From contig OZ024740.1 in assembly GCA_964016885.1 (NCBI GenBank), positions 104,346,001-104,410,000 on the forward strand: DNA of 64,000 nt, read 5' to 3'. Shown here piece by piece: positions 1-8,600 of this stretch; position 1 is the stretch's first letter; every line of letters begins with the position of its first letter. Position numbers and translations under genes: made by a program. Source of the stretch: Eledone cirrhosa (Eukaryota). The notes under the pieces were generated by a model that was given only the letters and a program-made list of their open reading frames with translations, was not told where the DNA came from and ran no database searches.

Positions 1-37
1 TAGAGGACATTTACAATAAAGTGCTGACTTTGTGATA

Positions 38-81
38 ACCCTTGCTAGCAGCGAAACCAGACTTTAAATGTTGATGATGAT
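38..81 (+). mobile_element. Degenerate 3' tail of the RTE LINE/SINE family
   Basis: acccttgctagcagcgaaaccagactttaaatgttgatgatgat aligns with the tails at 800-836, 2596-2646 and 2913-2966. It ends in (GAT)n followed by (TA)n. Confidence 0.65.
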
Positions 82-109
82 TATATATATGCATACACAC
101 ACACATATA

Positions 110-185
<76 letters not shown>

Positions 186-232
186 TACACACACATATAT
201 ATGTGTATGTATATATATATATATATATACAT
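82..232. repeat. (TA)n microsatellite with (CA)n/(TG)n segments
   Basis: Dinucleotide runs seen directly. Confidence 0.97.
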
Positions 233-345
233 ACTGTAAATATTGATTCAATTCAATTCAAGCACTCAACATACTTCTTCCACATAGGAATGACAGAGTA
301 TATTTAGAATAAGAAAATGCGAAGTAGTTTCAGATGTTAAAGTCC

Positions 346-351
346 TTTATT
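346..351 (-). promoter_or_regulatory. AATAAA polyadenylation-like signal just downstream of the hammerhead
   Basis: tttatt on the + strand, 6 nt beyond stem I of the ribozyme. Confidence 0.4.
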
Positions 352-357
352 GATAAG

Positions 358-433
358 GCTGTGATACATATTTCGATGACGACAGTGGCCACCCCAAATC
401 CGCATACCCAATGCCATGATCTCATCAGACAGC
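358..433 (-). ncRNA. Type I hammerhead ribozyme motif
   Basis: Minus strand reads GCUGU (433-429), CUGAUGA (428-422), stem II GAUCAUGGCA...UGUCGUCAUC (421-375), GAAA (374-371), UAUGUA (370-365), UC (364-363), ACAGC (362-358). The catalytic core is complete and stem I GCUGU/ACAGC is perfect. Stem II is closed by G-C, stem III is minimal and near-palindromic, and the cleavage triplet is AUC. Confidence 0.85.
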
Positions 434-524
434 TTCTTACATGATAAGGTTACATTCCAGAGGCAATCTAAATTGAAACAACAAGGGAACTGACAAAGAT
501 GATGTTCTCGAAGCCTTCGCCTGT

Positions 525-541
525 TTATATATATATATATA
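525..541. repeat. (TA)n microsatellite
   Basis: Seen directly; abuts SINE copy 1. Confidence 0.95.
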
Positions 542-847
542 TGTTGTTTCCTTGAGCAAGACACTTTATTTCACATTGCTCCAGTTTAGTCAGCTGTAGA
601 AATGAGATGATAGGGACTGGGGTCCCTATCATTCCACTGCAAAGTGGTCGTGGAGGCGCCACGGCAAAAAAGCACCCAGCCCACACTGTAAAATGGTCGT
701 GTAGGCGCCACAGAAAAAAGCACCCAGCACTCACTGTAAATGAGGTTGGTGTTAGGAAGGGCATCCAGCTGTAGAAATCAAGCCAGAATCAGTTCCCGTC
801 CCACCCTTGCAAGCAGGGAAAAAGCGGACGTAAAATGAAAAAAAAAA
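542..847 (+). mobile_element. SINE copy 1, 5'-truncated (no tRNA head)
   Basis: Collinear with ~2747-2945: tgttgtttccttgagcaagacactttatttcacattgctccag...ggttggtgttaggaagggcatccagctgtagaaatc...cttgcaagcagggaaaa. Ends in an A-rich tail. Confidence 0.88.
645..740 (+). repeat. ~48-bp tandem duplication inside SINE copy 1
   Basis: tggtcgtggaggcgccacggcaaaaaagcacccagcccacactgtaaaa (645-693) and tggtcgtgtaggcgccacagaaaaaagcacccagcactcactgtaaa (694-740). Single copy in SINE 2. Confidence 0.9.
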
Positions 848-884
848 TATATCTATATATATATATATACTATGTACATATGTG

Positions 885-920
<36 letters not shown>

Positions 921-953
921 TATATACACATATGTATATATCCATATGTATAT
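848..953. repeat. Degenerate (TA)n/(CA)n microsatellite
   Basis: Seen directly; lies between SINE copy 1 and the LINE. Confidence 0.93.
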
Positions 954-1181
954 TGCGTAAACAGCAATAACACTAACCATGTTAGGGCTGCGCACAGTAG
1001 TGTGGTCGCCGGTGCGGCCATGTGCGAGAAGCCCCCGACTGTCATCAAGCAATCCCATAAAAACAACTGCATAAACAGCAATAACACTAACCATGTTAGG
1101 GCTGCGCATGGTAGTCGGGTGGCTGGTGCGGCCATGTGCGAGATCCCCACCACCATCATCAAGCAATCGCACAACAGGAAA
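954..1181 (+). repeat. 114-bp (38-codon) in-frame tandem duplication at the LINE 5' end
   Basis: CVNSNNTNHVRAAHSSVVAGAAMCEKPPTVIKQSHKNN (954-1067) versus CINSNNTNHVRAAHGSRVAGAAMCEIPTTIIKQSHNRK (1068-1181). Confidence 0.93.
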
Positions 1182-1208
1182 AAGAACGAGACGTCGCATA
1201 TCAGAGAT

Positions 1209-2630
1209 GCCACACTTAATGTTGGCACTCTAACAGGTAGATCTGGTGAGATAGCGGAGATGCTGGAGAGAAGGCATGTGGATGTATGCTGCATGCAAGA
1301 GGTGAGATGGAGAGGTGCCTCTGCAAGACTAATCGCAGGCAAACATCGTAGTTATAAACTTTTCTGGGTGGGTAATGATGATGGGTTAGGTGGGGTGGGC
1401 ATATTTCTGGCTGAGAGATAGATCAATAAGACAATAGAGGTAGTTCGAGTTAGTAATAGAATAATTAAGCTTAGATTAGTTGTAGGCAAGAGGCTACTGA
1501 CAATCATCTCTTCCTATGCTCCCCAGGCAGGCCTAGGTAAAGAAGAGAAAGACTGCTTTTACAAGCAACTTTTACAAACAGCCTCAATGACAGAGGACAG
1601 AGACATCGTTATGCTAGCAGGGGACTTCAATGGACATGTTGGAGAGCTCCAGGATGGATATACTGGGGTACATGGTGGGCATGGTTACGGCTCAAGAAAT
1701 TAAGAAGGAGTGAGGCTTCTTGAATTTTGTGATGCAAATGCACTAACTATTTGCAACACTAACTTCCAGAAGCCTACCAACCACCTAATAGCCTACAAAT
1801 CAGGCGAGCACATAAACCAGATTGACTTCCTGCTAGTTAGACGGTGAGACAGACATGGTGTCAAATACTAAGGCATATCCTGGGGAAGAATGTACCCCAC
1901 AGCATAGGTTAGTCATTAGTGACATCTCAGTAAGCATGAGAAAGAATGAGACATACAGGAAAGTGTGGAAAAGAAAGGTCTGGAAGCTAAAAGACCTTTC
2001 ATTAAAATATAAATTTAGCAAAGACCTTCAAGACGTGTATGATGAAAAAGAAGACGATTTAGAGGTGTATGACATAGATGATAACTGGACTTTCTTATGT
2101 GACAACTTACTGCAGGCTACTGAAGAAACTTGTTGTTGAGGCAGAGCTTCAACCAGACAGAGAGTGACCTGGTGGTGGAACAGCACGGTAGATAGTAGAG
2201 CCATTAGAGACAAAAGACTGGCATGGAAGGCTTGGAAAAATGGTGGGAGTAGGGAAGGATACACAGCTGCTAGGAGAGAAGCTAGACATCAGGTGTACTT
2301 AGCACGCAGGGAGGCTGAGAGTAGGAGGTTTGTCAATGTTCTGCGACGGGAAGATCAGAGACATGCAGTGTTCCGCATTGCAAGGCAGTGTGTCAGTGCA
2401 AATCAGGATGTTGGAGATAAGTGTGTCCAGAATGAAGCCGGTGTACTTATGTACTTAGTGTCACGAATGATCAAAAAAGGAGGCCTGGAAATGTTACTAT
2501 GAGAGACTGATGAATGTGGAGAATGAATGGGACAGAGAAATTACCCCAGTAGACCCAACAGAGGGACAAGTGGAGAGATGCTGTGCTGAATAGGACCCAC
2601 CCTTGCAAGCAGGGAAAAGCGGACGTATGA
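1209..2630 (+). pseudogene. Disrupted RTE ORF (apurinic-like endonuclease, linker and extreme C-terminus)
   Basis: In-frame stops at 1419-1421 (TAG), 1701-1703 (TAA), 1845-1847 (TGA) and 2137-2139 (TGA). Frameshifts near 1850 and at an 8-bp duplication tgtactta x2 (2442-2457). No YADD or other RT motifs. Confidence 0.9.
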
Positions 2631-2645
2631 TGATGATGATGATGA

Positions 2646-2660
2646 TATATATATATATAT
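2646..2660. repeat. (TA)n spacer between the LINE tail and SINE copy 2
   Basis: Seen directly. Confidence 0.93.
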
Positions 2661-2962
2661 GGAGGCACATGGCTTAGGGCTTAGTGGTTAGAGCATTGGC
2701 CTTGCAATCGAAAGGTTGTGAGTTCAATTCTCAGACCGGGTGATGTGTTGTTTCCTTGAGCAAGACACTTTATTTCACATTGCTCCAGTTTACTCAGCAA
2801 AGTGGTCGTGGAGGTGACACGGCAAAAAAAAAGCACCCAGCACTCACTGTAAATGAGGTTGGTGTTAGGAAGGGCATCCAGCTGTAGAAATCAAGCCAGA
2901 ATCAGTTCCCGTCCCTTGTAAGCAGGGAAAAGCAGACGTTAAATGAAAGGATGAAATGATGA

Positions 2963-2966
<4 letters not shown>
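2661..2966 (+). mobile_element. tRNA-derived SINE copy 2, head to tail
   Basis: tRNA-like head with pol III A and B boxes. Central ccttgagcaagacactt motif resembling conserved CORE-type SINE central domains. RTE-like 3' tail ending in (GAT)n. Confidence 0.9.
2670..2732 (+). promoter_or_regulatory. Pol III internal promoter (A box 2670-2687, B box 2720-2732) of the SINE head
   Basis: tggcttag[ggcttag]tgg is an A box with a 7-bp duplication. gagttcaattctc is a GTTCRANNC-like B box. Confidence 0.75.
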
Positions 2967-3001
<35 letters not shown>

Positions 3002-3047
3002 TATATATATATATATATGTTTGTATATATATATATATATATACGTA

Positions 3048-3079
<32 letters not shown>

Positions 3080-3141
3080 CATATATATACATATGTGTAT
3101 ATATATATATATACATATATATATACGTATGTGTGTATATA
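2966..3141. repeat. Interrupted (TA)n microsatellite
   Basis: Seen directly. Confidence 0.96.
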
Positions 3142-3417
3142 AACATAAGTAAAATGCTTCCTAACAATTTCCATGTACATTGCAATGTATCGTTAAGCAG
3201 GAAGAACACACACTGTTATTGATAGCTGTTAAAGCAGTACATACAATATTCACCTGGATAACGTATGCAGCAATCACTGTATCACATGAATATTGGTTTC
3301 ACTAATTAGGTAAAATGGTATTGCTCAGCAGTAGTGGCAGAATTTTAAAAGACTTTGTTTTGTTATATGGGATATTTGGAAGCTTGAAAGACATTCAGTT
3401 TTCATACAATTCAACAT

Positions 3418-3760
<343 letters not shown>

Positions 3761-3920
3761 GTATGGTTGTTTATTTGTGACTGTTTCCCAGCCAACACAG
3801 AGAAAAAGAAAATAACAACAACATTTCTACTTTTACTTCATAGCAGAGTGAAGAAACAGGCTTTTCTGCATATTTTGAAAATATTGCATGCAGTGGTGTT
3901 GATATTCCATGTCAAGAGAT

Positions 3921-4015
3921 GTGACATCTACATCTACACGTTATCTGCAAATTATTTCTACTGAACCACACTGTGTTACTAGAAAGGCAATACCTACTCA
4001 CAGTATCTAACTATT
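3921..4015 (+). repeat. Degenerate satellite-like monomers at the left array border
   Basis: Fragments tctacatctacacg, tctactgaaccacactgtgt, cctactcacagtatcta and ctattctctcaacatcc resemble the 28-mer. Confidence 0.6.
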
Positions 4016-5691
4016 CTCTCAACATCCACACACTGTGTCTATCTACTCAACATCTACACACTGTGTCTATCTACTCAACATCTACACACTGTGTCTATCT
4101 ACTCAATATCCACACACCGTGTCTATCTACTCAACATCCACACACTGTGTCTATCTACTCTACATCTACACACTGTGTCTATCTACTCAACATCAACACA
4201 CTGTCTCTATCTACTCAACATCTACACACTGTGTCTATCTACTCTACATCTACACACTGTGTCTATCTACTCAATATCTACACACTGTATCTATCTACTC
4301 AATATTTACACACTGTGTCTATCTACTCAATATCCACACACTGTGTCTATCTACTCAACATCCACACACTATGTCTATCTACTCAACATCCACACACTGT
4401 GTCTATCTACTCAACATCCACACACTGTGTCTATCTACTCAACATCTACACACTGTGTCTATCTACTCAACATCTACACACTGTGTCTATCTACTCAACA
4501 TCTACACACCGTGTCTATCTACTCAACATCTACACACCGTGTCTATCTACTCAACATCTACACACCGTGTCTATCTACTCTACATCTACACACTGTGTCT
4601 ATCTACTCAACATCTACACACTGTGTCTATTTACTGAATATCTACACACTGTGTCAATTTACTCAACATCTACACACTGTGTCTATCTACTCAATATCTA
4701 CACACTGTCTATCTACTCAACTTCTACACACTGTCTATCTACTCAATATATACACACTGTGTCTATCTACTCAATATCTACACACTGTGTCTATTTACTG
4801 AATATCCATACACTGTGTTTATCTACTCAACATCTACACACTGTGTCTATCTACTCCACATCTACACGCTGTGTCTATCTACTCAATAACTACACACTGT
4901 GTCTATCTACTCAACATCTACACACCGTGTCTATCTACTGAATATATACACACTGTGTCTATCTACTCTACATCCACACACTGTGTCTATCTACTCAATA
5001 TCTCCACACTGTGTCTATCTACTCAACATCTACACACTGTGTCTATCTACTCAATATCTACACACTGTGTCTATCTACTCAACATCTACACACTGTGTCT
5101 ATCTAATAGACATCCACACACTGTGTCTATTTACTCAATATCCACACACTGTGTCTATCTACTAAACATCCACACACTGTGTCTATCTACTCAACATCTA
5201 CACAATGTCTATCTACTCAATATCTACACACTGTGTCTATCTACTCAATATCTACACACTGTGTCTATCTACTCAACATCTACACACTGAGTCTATCTAC
5301 TCAACATCTACACAATGTCTATCTACTCAATATCTACACACTGTGTTTATTTACTCAATATCTACACACTGTGTCTATCTACTCAACATCCACACACTGT
5401 CTCTATCTAGTCAACATCTACACACTGTGTGTATCTACTCAACATCCACACACTCTGCGTATCTACTCAATATCTACACACTGTGTCTATCTACTCAACA
5501 TCTACACACTGTGTCTATCTACTCAACATCTACACACCGTGTCTATCTACTCAACATCTACACACCGTGTCTATCTACTCTACATCTACACACTGTGTCA
5601 ATTTACTCAACATCTACACACTGTGTATATCTACTCAATATCTACACACTGTCTATCTACTCAACATCTACACACTGTCTATCTACTCTAC

Positions 5692-8600
5692 ATCCACAGA
5701 CTGTGTCTATCTACTCAATAACTACACACTGTGTCTATCTACTCAACATCTACACACTGTGTCTATCTTCTCAATATCGACACACGGTGTCTATTTACAC
5801 AATATCCACACACTGTGTCTATCTACTAAACGTCTACACAATCTGTCTATCTACTCAACATCCACACACTGTGTCTATCAACTCAAAATCTACACACTGT
5901 GTCTACCTACTCAACTTCTACACACTGTGTCTATCTACTCAACATCTACACACTGTGTCTATCTACTCAATATCTACACACTGTGTCTATCTACTCAATA
6001 TCCACACACTGTGTCTATCTATTCAACATCTACACACTGTGTCTATCTACTCAACATCTACACACTGTGTCTATCTACTCAACATCTACACACTGTGTCT
6101 ATCTACTCAACATCTACACAGCGTGTCTATCTACCCAACATCTGCACACTGTGTCTATCTACTCAACATCTACACACCGTGTCTATCTACTCAACATCTA
6201 CAAACTGTGTTTATTTACTCAATATCTACACACTGTGTCTATCTACACACCGTGTCTATCTACTCAACATCTACACACTGGCTATCTACTCAATATCTAC
6301 ACAACGTGTCTATCTACTCAATATCCACACACGGTGTCTATCTACTCAACATATACACACTGTCTATCTACTCAATATCTACACACCGTGTCTATCTACT
6401 CAATATCTACACACTGTGTCTATCTACTCAACATCAACACACTGTCTCTATCTACTCAACATCTACACACTGTCTATATCTACTCAACATCTACACACTG
6501 TGTCTATCTACTCAATATCTACACACTGAGTTTATCTACTAAACATCTACACACTGTGTCTATCTACTCAACATCTACAAACTGTGTCTATCTACTCAAC
6601 ATCTACACACTGTGTCTATCTACTCAATATCCACAAAGTGTGTCTATCTACTCAATATCTACACACTGTGTCTATCTACTAAACATCTACACACTGTGTC
6701 TATCTACTCTACATCTACACACTGTGTCTATCTACTCAACCTCCATACACTGTGTCTATTTATTCAAAATCCACAGACTGTGTCTATCTACTCAACATCT
6801 ACACACTGTGTCTATGTCCTCAACATCCACACACTGTCTCTATTTACTCAATATCCACACACTGTGTCTATTTACTCAATATCCACACAGTGTGTATATC
6901 TACTCAATATCCACACGCTGTCTATCTACTCAACATCTACACACTGAGTCTATCTACTCAACATCTACACACTGTCTATCTACTCAATATCTACAGACTG
7001 TGTTTATCTACTCAATATCGACACACTGTGTCTATCTACTCAACATCCACCCACTGTCTCTATCTAGTCAACATCTACACACTGTCACTATCTACTCAAC
7101 ATCTACACACTGTGTCTATCTACTCAACATCTACACACTGTGTCTATCTACTCAACATCTACACACCGTGTCTATCTACTCAACATCTACACACTGTGTC
7201 TATTTACTGAATATCTACACACTGTGTCTATCTACTCAATATCTACACACTCTCTATCTACTCAACATCTACACACTGTCTATCTACTCAATATCTACAC
7301 ACTGTGTCTATCTACTCAACTTCTACACACTGTCTATCTACTCAATATATACACACTGTGTCTATTTACTCAATATCTACACACTATGTCTATTTACTGA
7401 ATATCCATACACTGTGTTTATCAACTCAATATCTACACACTGTGTCTATCTACTCCACATCTACACGCTGTGTCTATCTACTCAATAACTACACACTGTT
7501 TCTATCTACTCAACATCTACACACCGTGTCTATCTACTGAATATATACACACTGTGTCTATCTACTCTACATCCACACACTGTGTCTATCTACTTAATAT
7601 CTCCACACTGTGTCTATCTACTCAACATCTACACACTGTGTCTATCTACTCAATATCTACACACTGTGTCTATCTACTAAACATCCACACACTGTGTCTA
7701 TCTACTCAACATCTACACACTGTGTCTACCTACTCAACATCTCCACACTGTGTCTATCTACTCAATATCTACACACTGTGTCTATCTACTCAATATCCAC
7801 ACACTGTGTCTATCTATTCAACATCTACACACTGTGTCTATCTACTCAACATCTACACACTGTGTCTATCTACTCAAGATCTACACAGCGTGTCTATCTA
7901 CTCAACATCTACACAGCATGTCTATCTACTCAACATCAACACACTGTATCTATCTACTCAACATCTACACACCGTGTCTATCTACTCGACATCTACAAAC
8001 TGTGTTTATTTACTCAATATCTACACACTGTGTCTATCTACACACCGTGTCTATCTACTCAACATCTACACACTGTCTATCTACTCAATATCTACACACC
8101 GTGTCTATCTACTCAATATCCACACACGGTGTCTATCTACTCAACATCTACACACTGTCTATCTAGTCAATATCTACACACCGTGTCTATCTACTCAATA
8201 TCTACACACTGTGTCTATCTACTCAACATCAACACACTGTCTCTATCTACTCAACATCTACACAATGTCTCTATCTACTCAACATCTACACACTGTGTCT
8301 ATCTACTCAATATCTACACACTGAGTTTATCTACTAAACATCTACACACTGTGTCTATCTACTCAACATCTACACACCGTGTCTATCTACTCAACATCTA
8401 CACACTGTGTCTATCTACTCAATATCCACACAGTGCGTCTATCTACTCAATATCTACACACTGTGTCTATCTACTCAACATCTACACACTGTGTCTATCT
8501 ACTCAACATCCACACACTGTGTCTATTTACTCAATATCCACAGACTGTGTCTATCTACTCAATAACTACACACTGTGTCTATCTACTCAACATCTACACA

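Larger units (their letters stand above)
340..525 (-). mobile_element. Probable Penelope-like element (PLE) 3'-end/pseudo-LTR remnant
   Basis: Read on the minus strand: a decayed peptide RRRLREHHL..P..FNLD resembling the C-terminus of PLE GIY-YIG endonucleases, then a type I hammerhead, then AATAAA. This order is typical of PLE terminal repeats. The peptide similarity is weak and judged by eye. Confidence 0.55.
954..2646 (+). mobile_element. RTE-clade non-LTR retrotransposon, decayed and internally deleted (no RT domain)
   Basis: APE endonuclease motifs TLNVGTL, VCCMQEVRW, GGVGI, YAPQ, GDFNGHVG, NQIDFLL and QHRLV. RTE linker motifs TWWWN and AWKCYYERLMNVENEW. Terminal [18 protein letters not shown] followed by a (GAT)n tail. 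Confidence 0.9.

Noticed and set aside
671-740. Satellite monomer derived from the SINE (ccacactgt; also actcaacat near 264 and acacactgt near 3208)
   Set aside because: The matches are only 8-10 bp in low-complexity AC-rich sequence and are expected by chance.
882-2502. Functional endonuclease gene or CDS
   Set aside because: It has four in-frame stops and at least two frameshifts, and the ORF start lies inside a microsatellite. It is a LINE pseudogene.
2500-2545. Second hammerhead at ctgatgaa...gaaa
   Set aside because: This is the RTE coding motif RLMNVENEW, and I found no flanking stems I-III.
2661-2740. tRNA gene
   Set aside because: It has A and B boxes, but the A box is duplicated, there is no convincing cloverleaf or terminator, and it continues into a SINE body shared with 542-847.
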